Shown: piece after piece, positions 1 through 9,611 of the stretch | Position numbering within the stretch: position 1 is the stretch's first letter | Layout of the letters: each line of letters starts with the position of its first letter | Source: Rickettsiales bacterium | GTDB taxonomy: Bacteria; Pseudomonadota; Alphaproteobacteria; Rickettsiales; UBA3002 | Reading direction: 5' to 3' | NCBI GenBank assembly: GCA_044237845.1 | Contig: JBIIEL010000002.1 | Location: forward strand, 6,550 to 70,549 | Length of the DNA stretch: 64,000 nt | Notes under the pieces: generated by a model | Database searches by the model: none | The model's input: the letters and a program-made list of their open reading frames with translations, nothing else | Told to the model about the DNA's origin: nothing | Position numbers and translations under genes: made by a program

Positions 1-858
1 TGTGCAGCCATAGTTGTCGGAATAAAACCGTACCAAACTGGCAAGGGTGTTCCAAAACAAACTAAGGACATCGTTGAGCATAAACCCTTCACGACAAATA
101 GCCAAATCGACCCGTCATTCAAGCTATGCGTAATAGGATCAAATTTTCACCGCTATGGAATTATTGATCCGCCGCGCATGTGGCTTAAATATGGCGAATG
201 GTTGGCTGAGCCAAGAAATGATGCTCCATTCTTTGATAAAGAAAAAATCATCATTCGGCAGACTGCTGATAAAATTATCGCGCACTTGGATGATACCAAA
301 TCGGTCAATCTGAATAACGTTTACAATGTAGGCCATCCCCGTAAAGGGCTGCACATAAAATTCATACTCGCTATTTTGAATTCCAATCTCATGAAAATGG
401 CTTACAGGGCTATTTCGCAAGAGAAGGGAAAGTTGTTTGCCGAGGTTAAGAAAGTGTATCTGGAGAAACTTCCCCTAAAAATTATTTCGGAAGAACAGCA
501 GCGCCCATTCATCGAAAAAGCGGAAATCATGCTCGCCAAGAACAAAGAGCTGCATGACGCATCATCCAAATTTCTTGCCTTGCTGAAATCTGAATTCGGG
601 CTTGATAAGCCAGGCGGCAAGCTGGAGCAATGGTACACACTCGATTTTGCAGCGTTCGTGGCGGAACTCACGAAAAAGAAAATTCCCCTGACGCTCGCGC
701 AAAAAGCGGAGTGGATGGAGCATTTCGAGAAACAAAAAGCCATCGCCGCCGCCCTCAAATCCACCATCGACACCACCGACCGCGAAATCGACCAGATGGT
801 CTACACCCTCTACGGCCTCACCCCCGACGAAATAGCCATTGTGGAGGGTGTGGCATGA
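1..858 (+). CDS. C-terminal part of a type IIG/Eco57I-like restriction-modification N6-adenine methyltransferase (TaqI_C-like specificity domain); 5' end outside window
   Basis: Frame open from base 1; WLAEPR...FDKEKIIIRQT, FILAILNS and DREIDQMVYTLYGLTPDEIAIVE motifs typical of these enzymes. Confidence 0.8.
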   Translation, partial: CAAIVVGIKPYQTGKGVPKQTKDIVEHKPFTTNSQIDPSFKLCVIGSNFHRYGIIDPPRMWLKYGEWLAEPRNDAPFFDKEKIIIRQTADKIIAHLDDTKSVNLNNVYNVGHPRKGLHIKFILAILNSNLMKMAYRAISQEKGKLFAEVKKVYLEKLPLKIISEEQQRPFIEKAEIMLAKNKELHDASSKFLALLKSEFGLDKPGGKLEQWYTLDFAAFVAELTKKKIPLTLAQKAEWMEHFEKQKAIAAALKSTIDTTDREIDQMVYTLYGLTPDEIAIVEGVA

Positions 859-1136
859 AGCAAAAAATTCCTGCGGCAACTATAGGTCTGCTCTCGCAGA
901 TCTTACCAGAGTATTATACCCATGACGGTCTTAATGGCCTTTTCTTGACTGCATCTGCGCCAGACCGAATTCCAGAGTGCAGCAAGCCCAGTAAAGTGAC
1001 CACTTGGCTGAGAAGCATTAATGGGGAATGTGATGATCCGATCTCAGTTCTCGGCTCCGTCATTGAGGATTTCATGGATAAAGAACCATATGTTTCCGAT
1101 CCGTTTGATAACTCCATCAGGAGCAATGGCAGCTAA
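855..1136 (+). pseudogene. Truncated N-terminus of a putative abortive-infection family protein
   Basis: ATG overlaps upstream TGA; MKQKIPAATIG...THDGLNGLFLTASAP...WLRSIN...PISVLGSVIEDFM resembles Abi-family N-termini (recalled similarity); ends after 93 aa at a composition shift. Confidence 0.45.
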
Positions 1137-1479
1137 TATGTTGCACTTGTCTACTCAGTTGCCATCAAAACCAGTGTTTTTGAGTAACAGAACTGCGCGA
1201 GTTTTTTCTTATGGAAAAAGAATTATAACAATTAAGAAAACAGGGGTTACTATCTCGAGCAAATTATCTTATAAAATGAATTTGCTAATACAGGCTTTGA
1301 ATTATCTAGGAAAAGGTGGAGTAGATAAAACAACGATCTTAAGATGCTCTGATATTATCTCTGATGATGATTTTAAAAGCCTGAAGAAAAACATGAATTC
1401 TTTGCCAAGCTGGCTTTGCGATGTAATTCATAAAATTGATGACGTAAAATATGGTAGAGTTCATAAAATTGCCCAATGA
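1110..1479 (+). pseudogene. C-terminal remnant of a type IV TA antitoxin (DUF6088/AbiEi-like)
   Basis: TPSGAMAANMLHLSTQLP motif; N-terminal HTH missing; lies directly upstream of an AbiEii-like gene. Confidence 0.65.
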
Positions 1480-1780
1480 AGATAAGCTCGCAGCATACAG
1501 CAGTGCTGCAGATCAGGTTGGTGTTGAGCCGCATATAGTAGAAAAAGATTTTTGGGTATGTTGGACTTTAAAGCAAATTTTTGAATCTGAAGTTCTGAAT
1601 AAGTATCTGACCTTTAAAGGCGGCACCTCGCTTTCTAAGGCATACGGCATTATCAATAGATTTTCTGAGGATATTGACCTAGCAATTAGCAAATCAGCTC
1701 CTTTGTTAAGTAATTTGGAGCAGCTTTTTACAACTAGCTCCAGCAAGTTGCGGTTGGTTACGAAAAACATCACCTTCTGA
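1451..1780 (+). pseudogene. Truncated AbiEii/AbiGii nucleotidyltransferase toxin
   Basis: VEKDFWV, FKGGTSLSKAYGIINRFSEDIDL motifs; only 109 aa. Confidence 0.8.
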
Positions 1781-1848
1781 AAGCCGCGCTGGACTTAGAC
1801 TCAAACCGCATATTTGGCATTCAAACCAAAATCATGCAAAAAACCTGC

Positions 1849-1868
1849 TGTGGGACAGTTGTGGGACA
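1849..1868 (+). repeat. TGTGGGACA direct repeat, possible integrase arm-type sites
   Basis: tgtgggacagttgtgggaca about 130 bp from a tRNA att fragment. Confidence 0.4.
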
Positions 1869-1995
1869 CTTCGCGCCAAGTAATCACAAAACGCCACAAT
1901 TCAGCATGAAAGACCGATAAGGTTAGGTTGTTGATTTTGTTATTGTCTTTAACCGCGATGCGTTGTAAAATACTGTATTATATAGGGATTTTTCC

Positions 1996-2054
1996 TCTTG
2001 AAAACTGCCGAGGTGGCAACGCCTCCGTGAGTTCGAATCTCACCTCTTCCGCCA
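1996..2054 (+). mobile_element. att site: 3' half of tRNA-Ser(TGA) marking the right end of a genomic island
   Basis: Anticodon loop CTTGAAA, long variable arm, GTTCGAATC, acceptor strand and CCA present; 5' half absent; AT-rich defence remnants to its left. Confidence 0.85.
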
Positions 2055-2057
2055 AAT

Positions 2058-2942
2058 CTAAAAATGGCTCTCGGCGAGTTTCTGCGTGATGAAGTTGCGG
2101 AAAACCGCGAGGCGCTTGGAGTTGCGTAGCTCGACCGGGTAGGTATACCAGGCTTGGGTGACGGGGCCGGCCAGCTCCGGCAGCACGCGGGTGAGGCGAC
2201 GGCTTTTCACCACCAGATATTCCGGCAGCACGGCGATGCCCATGCCCTGCTTCACCGCGGTGCGCAGCGCCAGCAGCGAGTTCGCGCGAAAATAGGGCGT
2301 GAATCCCGCCCCGCCGCCCTCGAACAACCAGTTCAGCTCCGGCGAGGGGAAATCGTTGAGCGACGTATCGTAGGCGAGCAGGCGATGCTGCGCGAGGTCG
2401 GCCACTTTGGCGGGCGTGCCGTGCGCGTGCAAATAATCGACACTGGCATAAAGCCCGTTGCGCATGGTGAAGAGCGGCACCTGCACCAGATCGGGATGCT
2501 CGGTGCGGTAAAAACGAATCGCCGCATCCGCCTCGCGCCGGGTGAGGTTCAGCTCGGTATCGCCCGCGAGCAGGGTGAGCTCGATCTCGGGGTAGAGGTC
2601 GCAGAATTCCTTGAGCTGCGCCGCAAGCCACATGCTGCCGAACGTCGCCGATACGGTGAGTTTGAACGGCCCGCGTGGCCGCGCGCTTGATTCAGCGAGG
2701 GAGATCTGCGTCGCCTCGAACCGCGCCACCATCTCCGACACGGTTTTGAGCAGGATCTCGCCCTGCTCGGTGAGCACCAGCCCGCGCGCATGGCGGTGAA
2801 AAAGCGGCACGCCGAGCCCCTCTTCGAGTCCGGAAATCTGGCGGCTGACGGCAGACTGGCTTAAATGCAGCACCTCGCCCGCCCGCGTGAGGCTTTTGGC
2901 CAGCGCTACCTGATGAAACGTGCGGAGTTTATCCCAATCCAT
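2058..2942 (-). CDS. LysR-family regulator, LsrB/VtlR-like
   Basis: MDWDKLRTFH...LSQSAVSRQISGLE...LFHRHARGLVLTEQG; near trxB as in other alphaproteobacteria. Confidence 0.9.
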   Translation of the reverse strand: MDWDKLRTFHQVALAKSLTRAGEVLHLSQSAVSRQISGLEEGLGVPLFHRHARGLVLTEQGEILLKTVSEMVARFEATQISLAESSARPRGPFKLTVSATFGSMWLAAQLKEFCDLYPEIELTLLAGDTELNLTRREADAAIRFYRTEHPDLVQVPLFTMRNGLYASVDYLHAHGTPAKVADLAQHRLLAYDTSLNDFPSPELNWLFEGGGAGFTPYFRANSLLALRTAVKQGMGIAVLPEYLVVKSRRLTRVLPELAGPVTQAWYTYPVELRNSKRLAVFRNFITQKLAESHF

Positions 2943-3114
2943 GCTGCGTTGACCGTTATCCGTTGACCGTAGGGGTGAGGTTTGTATCGCGTGGTGTTAT
3001 GTGTTTTTAGCAATTCACTGCCATTTTATTGCTATTAAATTAGCCGAGCCATGCAATAAACGCAAGATGAAAATGGACGGCCTATACGCGTATTTCGTCC
3101 ATGCCGCCTCGGCA

Positions 3115-3134
3115 ATCTTCATAAAACTGTCACA
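3115..3134 (+). promoter_or_regulatory. Direct-repeat box copy 1
   Basis: ATCTTCATAAAACTGTCACA; TAAATC 21 nt downstream. Confidence 0.7.
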
Positions 3135-3173
3135 CAAAAGATAGACATTTCATGATAAATCTGTCAGGGTAAA

Positions 3174-3188
3174 TTAATAATTAGTTAA
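3174..3188 (+). promoter_or_regulatory. CtrA-type box TTAA-N7-TTAA
   Basis: TTAA TAATTAG TTAA just upstream of the ORF at 3203. Confidence 0.45.
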
Positions 3189-3202
3189 AAAGGTAAGCAA
3201 TT

Positions 3203-3505
3203 ATGGTCGAGATGTTACTCGGAGAAGTGACCGTTGAAATTCCCGCTTCCGGCACCGGCGAGAACGTGAAACTGAACCGCATGGTCGAGCTGTATAAAGG
3301 CTATATCAAGCTGCAGCAGCTCGCGGAATCTACCGCGCGCATTGTGCCGCGCCTGAAGAGCGAACTTGACGACTGCATGGCCGATATCTGGCGCGACGAG
3401 CAGAAACAGCGCCCGAAAGGCACCTGCGTGGAAGATATCCTCGCTATTTGCGAAGACCCGGCGCTGGTGAAGCTGGTGCGCGACAAGATTGCCGATCAGA
3501 GCTAG
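3203..3505 (+). CDS. Hypothetical protein (orphan)
   Basis: 100-aa ORF, AAGG RBS, coding-like codon usage. Confidence 0.7.
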   Translation: MVEMLLGEVTVEIPASGTGENVKLNRMVELYKGYIKLQQLAESTARIVPRLKSELDDCMADIWRDEQKQRPKGTCVEDILAICEDPALVKLVRDKIADQS

Positions 3506-3534
3506 CGTGTAACGAAGAAATACAAGGCCGGCAT

Positions 3535-4185
3535 ATGACACAATATTCCAGCGATCACCTTTTTTCTGCCCTTGAATCTTATAAAGAAGCCTCTAAAGAC
3601 TCAGCGTGCGACGAGCAGTCGGTGGCAGAGCTTCGCCAAGCAGCAGCGGACCAGCTTCTGTATGCAGCTTTTTTGGAAGGATTGAGCCATCAGGATGGAC
3701 GCACATGGCTTCCTCGCCGGCTCGCTTTTTTGGGGCTGGACAAGGACGAAAATCTTTATGGCTGTTACGAAAACCTGCGCATCGCCGCCAATTTTCTGCC
3801 TACGCGTGCGGCGGAGCCTCCGTTAGAACCGTTAGCAGCAGTCGATGCGGCACAAAAATCCTACTTCACGGCAACAAGCAATAATAGGGACGAGCTTTCG
3901 CTTCTTATTTATCGGGCGGATTTAGCAGAAAAAATGGCGGCAGCGGCGCTTTCTTATGAAAATGGCCTTGATCTGGTGCAGGCAACCTTAGAAAGTGGAT
4001 GGCTTGGAAAAGATGAGCAATTCATGGAACTATATCAGGTGATGCTCAAAAAAATGGGATACGAAGAAGCACAGATTAATACGCCAGTGCCCGTAGTGAG
4101 TGCCAACAAGTTAACGCTACGCGAAAAGCTTGCTCAAGCGACGCCGATTCAAAACGACTATAACCGGTTCGGGTTAGGCAAATAA
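3535..4185 (+). CDS. Hypothetical helical protein (orphan)
   Basis: Long lower-GC ORF; likely start MTQYSS. Confidence 0.7.
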   Translation: MTQYSSDHLFSALESYKEASKDSACDEQSVAELRQAAADQLLYAAFLEGLSHQDGRTWLPRRLAFLGLDKDENLYGCYENLRIAANFLPTRAAEPPLEPLAAVDAAQKSYFTATSNNRDELSLLIYRADLAEKMAAAALSYENGLDLVQATLESGWLGKDEQFMELYQVMLKKMGYEEAQINTPVPVVSANKLTLREKLAQATPIQNDYNRFGLGK

Positions 4186-4188
4186 CCC

Positions 4189-5133
4189 CTACGCTCCGTG
4201 ATGCTCCAAAAATTTCTGCGCTTCGAGCGCGGCCATGCAGCCCGTGCCTGCCGCAGTAATGGCCTGACGGTAGATTTTATCCTGCACATCCCCGGCCGCG
4301 AATACACCCGCCACGTTGGTTTGCGTGGTGCCCGGTTTCACCAGCAGGTATTTGCCCTCATCCATCGCCAGCTGGCCTTCGAACAGCCAGGTGTTGGGGC
4401 TGTGACCAATGGCCACAAACGCGCCATGCACGGGGACGACCGACACCTCGCCGGTTTTGCTGTTTTTAATGCGCACGCCGGTGAGGTTCGGCGGGTTGTC
4501 GTCGCCCACGAATTCCTCGACCACGGAATCCCAGATCACGTTGATGTTGGGGGTCTTAAATAAGCGTTCTTGTCCAATCTTCTCCGCACGAAGTGCGTCG
4601 CGGCGGTGAATGAGGGTAACGGAGTTACAGATTTTACTTAAGAAAAGCGCTTCCTCCACCGCCGAATTGCCGCCGCCAAGCACCGCCACGTCTTTCTTAC
4701 GGAAGAAAAATCCGTCGCAGGTCGCACAGGCAGACACGCCGAAATTCTGGAACTTCTTCTCGCTCTCAAGCCCCAGCCATTTGGCCGAAGCGCCGGTAGC
4801 GATGACGAGCGTTTCGGCGATGTAGCTGTCGCCGGAATCACCCTTGGCGACGAACGGGCGCTTGGATAAATCGACGCTCACGATGGTGTCCGAAATAATC
4901 TCGGTGCCGACATGTTTGGCCTGTGCCTCCATCTGCTCCATCAGCCAGGGGCCTTGGATAGCCTCGGCAAACCCGGGGTAATTCTCGACCTCGGTGGTGA
5001 TGGTGAGCTGACCGCCCGGCTGCATGCCGCGCACAAGAATGGGTTTCAGCGCCGCGCGTGCGGCGTAGATGGCGGCGGTGCAGCCTGCTGCGCCGGAGCC
5101 GATGATGAGGACGGGGGTTTTATGTTCGGTCAT
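4189..5133 (-). CDS. trxB: Thioredoxin-disulfide reductase
   Basis: GSGAAG, GGQLTITTEVENYPGF, CATCDG motifs. Confidence 0.98.
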   Translation of the reverse strand: MTEHKTPVLIIGSGAAGCTAAIYAARAALKPILVRGMQPGGQLTITTEVENYPGFAEAIQGPWLMEQMEAQAKHVGTEIISDTIVSVDLSKRPFVAKGDSGDSYIAETLVIATGASAKWLGLESEKKFQNFGVSACATCDGFFFRKKDVAVLGGGNSAVEEALFLSKICNSVTLIHRRDALRAEKIGQERLFKTPNINVIWDSVVEEFVGDDNPPNLTGVRIKNSKTGEVSVVPVHGAFVAIGHSPNTWLFEGQLAMDEGKYLLVKPGTTQTNVAGVFAAGDVQDKIYRQAITAAGTGCMAALEAQKFLEHHGA

Positions 5134-5241
5134 GGGAAATCCTTGAGAGTAACGCCCACATGAAGCGAGCCAGGCGAGCCAGCCATGAGCCCGCGAGAGT
5201 GGTGCAGGGGCCTGATTAGAAGGCCAAGCCCCTGCATCAGA

Positions 5242-5844
5242 TTAAAGTGCCTTTGCTTTGTCCTTGAGGTAGGAAGCCACGCCGTCAGCAGTCGCTTTCA
5301 TGCCTTTTTCGCCCTTCTTCCAGTTTGCCGGGCAGACTTCGCCATGCTCTTCGTGGAAGTTCAGCGCATCGACCATGCGGATCGCTTCATCGACATTGCG
5401 GCCGAGCGGCAGATCGTTCACGATCTGGTGACGCACGATGCCCTTTTTGTCGATCATGAAGGTACCGCGGAATGCCACCGCATCGCCGGTCAGCACATCG
5501 TAGCTGCGGGCGATGGACTTCGTCAGATCAGCCACCAGCGGGAAGCGGATGTTGCCGATACCGCCTTTTTCGACTGGCGTGTTTTTCCACGCGTAATGGC
5601 TGTATTGCGAATCGACCGACACGCCGATGATTTCCGCGCCACGCTTCTTGAACTCATCGACGCGGTTGTCGAACGCGATGATTTCGCTGGGGCAGACGAA
5701 GGTGAAATCGAGCGGGTAGAAGAATACGATGCCGATTTTGCCTTTAATGTGGGATTTCAGGTTGAAATCCGCCTTGATGGAATTGTCCGCCATCACTGCC
5801 TGCGCAGTGAAATCCGGTGCTTCGCGGCCGACGAGTACGCTCAT
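5242..5844 (-). CDS. ahpC: 2-Cys peroxiredoxin
   Basis: FFYPLDFTFVCPSE and GEVCPANW; start MSVLVG. Confidence 0.96.
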   Translation of the reverse strand: MSVLVGREAPDFTAQAVMADNSIKADFNLKSHIKGKIGIVFFYPLDFTFVCPSEIIAFDNRVDEFKKRGAEIIGVSVDSQYSHYAWKNTPVEKGGIGNIRFPLVADLTKSIARSYDVLTGDAVAFRGTFMIDKKGIVRHQIVNDLPLGRNVDEAIRMVDALNFHEEHGEVCPANWKKGEKGMKATADGVASYLKDKAKAL

Positions 5845-6015
5845 AAGAATCTCCGTAAATGGTGAGTAGTGAAACAGGTTATTGCGCCACACATATAGTC
5901 CGTTCATCCGCCGATGCAACTGCTTGCTTGCCGCGCGACGTGCCTTATGGAGGGCTTGCATTCATCTCTAGGCCTATGCACATCATCTGTATAATCTATT
6001 GTTTTGATGATAATG

Positions 6016-6030
6016 ATAGACTATATCTAT
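6016..6030. promoter_or_regulatory. OxyR-type site ATAG-N7-CTAT
   Basis: ATAGACTATATCTAT between divergent ahpC and oxyR. Confidence 0.65.
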
Positions 6031-6121
6031 GATTGCGCTGGGTTGGTCTGCTGATTAACCCGGCGCGCCGCTTCGCGCGCTCATGGCTGGCTCGCCCGGC
6101 TCGCACATCAAAAGGAATGGC

Positions 6122-7003
6122 ATGAACCTGCGCGATTTACAGTATCTGGTAACCCTGCGTGAGACGCGCCATTTCGGACGGGCGGCGCGGGCGGCGCATG
6201 TCAGCCAGCCCACCTTGTCGATGCAGATCAAGAAACTCGAAGATACCCTCGGCATTCAGCTGCTGGAGCGCACCAACAAACAGGTGATGCTGACCGCGAT
6301 TGGCGAGGACATCACTCGCCGCGCCGAACGCGTGCTGGCCGAGGTGAGCGCGTTGAAAGAAGCCGCGCGCGCCGCGCGCGACCCAGCGGCGGGCACGCTG
6401 CGGCTGGGGCTGTTTCCCACGCTCGCGCCCTATCTGCTGCCGCGGATGATGCCCGCGCTCAAGCACGCATTCCCACGCCTCTCGCTGGTGCTGGTGGAGG
6501 AAAAAACCCCGGTGCTGATGGAGCAACTCGCTAGCGGCGGGCTTGATGCGGCGCTGCTCGCCATGCCTGTATCTGCCCGCGAATTGGACAGCCGCACGTT
6601 GTTCACCGAACCATTTCTGCTCGCCTGCGCGCGCGGACACCGGCTGGCCACGCGCAAACGCATCGCGCTCACCGAACTCACCCGCGAAACGATATTGCTG
6701 CTGGAGGACGGCCACTGCCTGCGCGATCAGGCGCTCGACGTGTGCCAACGCATCGGTGCGGGCGAAAGTGGCAGCTTCCGCGCTACCAGCCTCGAAACAC
6801 TGCGCCATATGGTGGCAACCAGCGATGCGGTGACGCTGATGCCCAAGCTGGCGACGGAAGAAAAGAGTGGGCAATTATGCTATCTTCCCTTTACCGGTAA
6901 TGCACCTTCGCGTATGATCGGTTTATACTGGCGTAATACGAGTGCAAAAACAGCACTATTCGATGCCATCGCGAAAAATATCACGCTGAATTACAAGAAA
7001 TAA
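6122..7003 (+). CDS. oxyR: Hydrogen-peroxide-inducible activator OxyR
   Basis: MNLRDLQYL HTH; LLEDGHCLRDQALDVC redox cysteines; RATSLETLR. Confidence 0.95.
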   Translation: MNLRDLQYLVTLRETRHFGRAARAAHVSQPTLSMQIKKLEDTLGIQLLERTNKQVMLTAIGEDITRRAERVLAEVSALKEAARAARDPAAGTLRLGLFPTLAPYLLPRMMPALKHAFPRLSLVLVEEKTPVLMEQLASGGLDAALLAMPVSARELDSRTLFTEPFLLACARGHRLATRKRIALTELTRETILLLEDGHCLRDQALDVCQRIGAGESGSFRATSLETLRHMVATSDAVTLMPKLATEEKSGQLCYLPFTGNAPSRMIGLYWRNTSAKTALFDAIAKNITLNYKK

Positions 7004-7048
7004 GACGAATTTATTTCATGCGCATAAAAAATGCGTAAAAGTAAACGC

Positions 7049-7312
7049 ATGAAGAATACGCATAAATCATCCGCACGAAATAGGCGCAAACCACTCAATG
7101 TTAGCGTATTGGAATCGCTGGTGGAGGAGGCCAAGGCATTCGACCTCAACCTCTCCCGCGTCGCGGAGGAGGCGATTGCTGCAGCCGTGCGTGCCGAGCA
7201 GGAGCGGCGCTATCTCGCGCAATCCGCCAAGGCGGTGGAAGCGCATAACCGCTGGGTGGCTGAGCGCGGTGTGCTGCTTACGCCCTATTGGATGACGCCG
7301 GAGGGGTCGTGA
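7049..7312 (+). CDS. ccdA: CcdA-family antitoxin
   Basis: RKPLNVSV...LVEEAKAFDLNLSR...AVEAHNRWV; stop overlaps the ccdB start. Confidence 0.85.
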   Translation: MKNTHKSSARNRRKPLNVSVLESLVEEAKAFDLNLSRVAEEAIAAAVRAEQERRYLAQSAKAVEAHNRWVAERGVLLTPYWMTPEGS

Positions 7313-7611
7313 TGGCGCGGTTTGATGTGTACCCCGGCAGCGGCCGTGTGAATTATTTTGTCGACCTGCAGGCCGAGCTGCACAGCGCCCTCAACACGCG
7401 CCTTGTGGCTCCCGTGCTCGCGGCGCGAAAGGTGACCCACCCGGCGCGCGGCCTGCATGTGAAGGTGATGGTCGAGGACGCGCCGCATTACGTGGTGCTG
7501 CCCATGGCCGCCGCCATGCCGCTTGCTGAACTGGGCACCGCGATCGGCTCCCTCGCGGGCGATGCAGCGGTGCTTGATGAAGCTGCGGATTTTCTGCTGC
7601 GCGGGTATTAA
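7312..7611 (+). CDS. ccdB: CcdB-family toxin
   Basis: MARFDVY...YFVDLQAE...LNTRLVAP...DFLLRGY. Confidence 0.85.
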   Translation: MARFDVYPGSGRVNYFVDLQAELHSALNTRLVAPVLAARKVTHPARGLHVKVMVEDAPHYVVLPMAAAMPLAELGTAIGSLAGDAAVLDEAADFLLRGY

Positions 7612-7672
7612 TTATAATAATCAGCCTATTAAGGATTTACGCGCAGTGTTTTTGACGCGACTTCTCGTTTTA

Positions 7673-7692
7673 ATCTTCACAAAACTGTCACA
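7673..7692 (+). promoter_or_regulatory. Direct-repeat box copy 2
   Basis: ATCTTCACAAAACTGTCACA; TAGATT 21 nt downstream. Confidence 0.75.
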
Positions 7693-7851
7693 CACCGTGT
7701 GCATGGCGCGTGCTAGATTAAATGCGGTCTTAGTGTTTTGTTTGTGTTCACTTTTCGTGCGCAACAAAATGCTTCTCACGGGAGCGATTTCTTGTGGTGG
7801 TTATATTTTCTCGTCGACAAGACAAAACGAGAATAAAAACACGTTTTTCAT

Positions 7852-8184
7852 ATGAAAAGGAGAGGATTTTTCTATGTAGCATTTGGTGCTTTATGTTTTT
7901 TCATGATGGTATGGTCAGGCAACAAAATGCGTGACCATCGACTGCAATTCTTGGAAACAGCCCACAAAAACGGATGCCTTATTGCCAAAATGGCAAATGG
8001 AGATTCGGTAATGTGTGATGATGACGTTGTAATTCTTAACTGCCTTAAAGCAAAACAGGATTACCAGACGGCAACCCAAGAAATAACTTGTGGCAAAAAC
8101 TGGAACATTGCGATGAGCATTTGTATGCTTGCTCTATTGCTGTCCTTTTTTGGCATTCTTGCCAACATAAAACGCCAGACATAG
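7852..8184 (+). CDS. Orphan small membrane protein (2 TM, Cys-rich loop)
   Basis: Low-GC 110-aa ORF with hydrophobic ends. Confidence 0.65.
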   Translation: MKRRGFFYVAFGALCFFMMVWSGNKMRDHRLQFLETAHKNGCLIAKMANGDSVMCDDDVVILNCLKAKQDYQTATQEITCGKNWNIAMSICMLALLLSFFGILANIKRQT

Positions 8185-8334
8185 AAAACAAATTGAAGCC
8201 GTTCGCACGCAAGTGTGGGCGGCTTTCTTTTTGGAGACGTGGTTCGAACGAAACCGCCTCTGCATAAGGGCAGGGGCGCACTTGACAGAAGCCGCGCGGC
8301 TGCTTAGAAGTCGGGCGTTTGCCCTGATGGCTGC

Positions 8335-8393
8335 GTCATCCTCGCACGGGTTGCGAGGATCCATGGAGGCTCGTGACAGGCACGAGCATGACG
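8335..8393. repeat. REP/RPE-like palindromic element (GTCA...TGAC family)
   Basis: gtcatcctcgca-cgggt-tgcgaggatcc...gctcgtg-acagg-cacgagcatgac. Confidence 0.7.
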
Positions 8394-8423
8394 CGTGATC
8401 GGGGATGTGCTGAGGGAACCGTA

Positions 8424-9611
8424 ATGAAACCATCGCTGAAACCTGCCCCGAATGCCGCACTGGTGCTGGCGGATGGGACGGTGTTTTTGGGCTATGGCAT
8501 CGGCGCGGCGGGCACGACGGCGGGCGAGCTGTGCTTCAACACCGCGATGACCGGCTATCAGGAAATCCTCACCGATCCGTCTTACTCCGGCCAGATCATT
8601 ACCTTCACCGCACCGCATATCGGCAATGTGGGCTGTAACGACGACGACCATGAATCGCCGCTGCCCGGTGCCGCGGGGCTGATCCTGCGCGAGGCAATTA
8701 CCGCGCCGTCGAGCTTCCGCAGCACCAGCTCGCTCGATGCGTGGCTGGCGGCGCGTGGCATCACCGGCATTTCCGGCATCGATACGCGGGCGCTGACGCG
8801 CCATATCCGCCTGCATGGCGCGCAGAATTGTGCGATTATGGCTGCCAGTCGGCAGTCGCCCATGACCAGTGACATGCTGGTGGAGAAAGCGCGTGCGGCG
8901 CTGGAGGCGGCACCGGATATGAACGGTCTGGAACTCGCCGCCCATGCGACGACCAAAGAAATCTATGAGTGGAAACAGCCGCGTTGGAGCCTTGCTGCGG
9001 AGAGCGCGAGTGCGCGTAGCGTTAGCGAGCCGTTTGCTGTCGTTGCCATCGACTATGGCCTGAAGCATAACATCCTGCGTTCGTTGGTGAGTGCGGGCTG
9101 CCGCGTGACGGTGGTGCCGGCGACCGCGACGGCGGAAGAGATACTTGCACTCAACCCCGAAGGGGTTTTTCTGAGCAACGGCCCGGGTGACCCGGCGGCC
9201 ACCGCCAATTACGCCGTGCCTACTATAAAAAAGTTAATCGCAACGAAGTTGCCGATCTTTGGTATTTGTCTCGGCCACCAGATGCTGGGGATTGCGCTTG
9301 GCTGCCGCACCGAGAAAATGAAACAGGGCCATCGCGGCGCCAACCATCCGGTGAAGGATCTCACTACCGGAAAGGTGGAAATCACCAGCCAGAACCACGG
9401 GTTCGCGATTGCGGATGCGGGGCTCTCGGCGGAGGTGGAAGTGACGCACCGCTCGCTGTTTGATGGCACGATTCAGGGCATCCGCCACAAAGCCCTGCCG
9501 ATTTTCAGCGTGCAGGGGCACCCCGAAGCCAGCCCCGGCCCGCATGATTCGCAGTATCTGTTCACACGGTTCACCGACATGATGCAGCAACACACTAAGG
9601 AGGCCGCATGA
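8424..9611 (+). CDS. carA: Carbamoyl-phosphate synthase small subunit
   Basis: FNTAMTGYQE, LSNGPGDP, GICLGHQ, HPEASPGPHD. Confidence 0.98.
   Translation: MKPSLKPAPNAALVLADGTVFLGYGIGAAGTTAGELCFNTAMTGYQEILTDPSYSGQIITFTAPHIGNVGCNDDDHESPLPGAAGLILREAITAPSSFRSTSSLDAWLAARGITGISGIDTRALTRHIRLHGAQNCAIMAASRQSPMTSDMLVEKARAALEAAPDMNGLELAAHATTKEIYEWKQPRWSLAAESASARSVSEPFAVVAIDYGLKHNILRSLVSAGCRVTVVPATATAEEILALNPEGVFLSNGPGDPAATANYAVPTIKKLIATKLPIFGICLGHQMLGIALGCRTEKMKQGHRGANHPVKDLTTGKVEITSQNHGFAIADAGLSAEVEVTHRSLFDGTIQGIRHKALPIFSVQGHPEASPGPHDSQYLFTRFTDMMQQHTKEAA

Noticed and set aside
1996-2054. Functional tRNA-Ser
   Set aside because: The 5' acceptor strand and D-arm are absent; treated as an att remnant.
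8300-8420. Riboswitch or attenuator in the carA leader
   Set aside because: The hairpins match the GTCA...TGAC repeat family also found in proC; no recognisable riboswitch motif.
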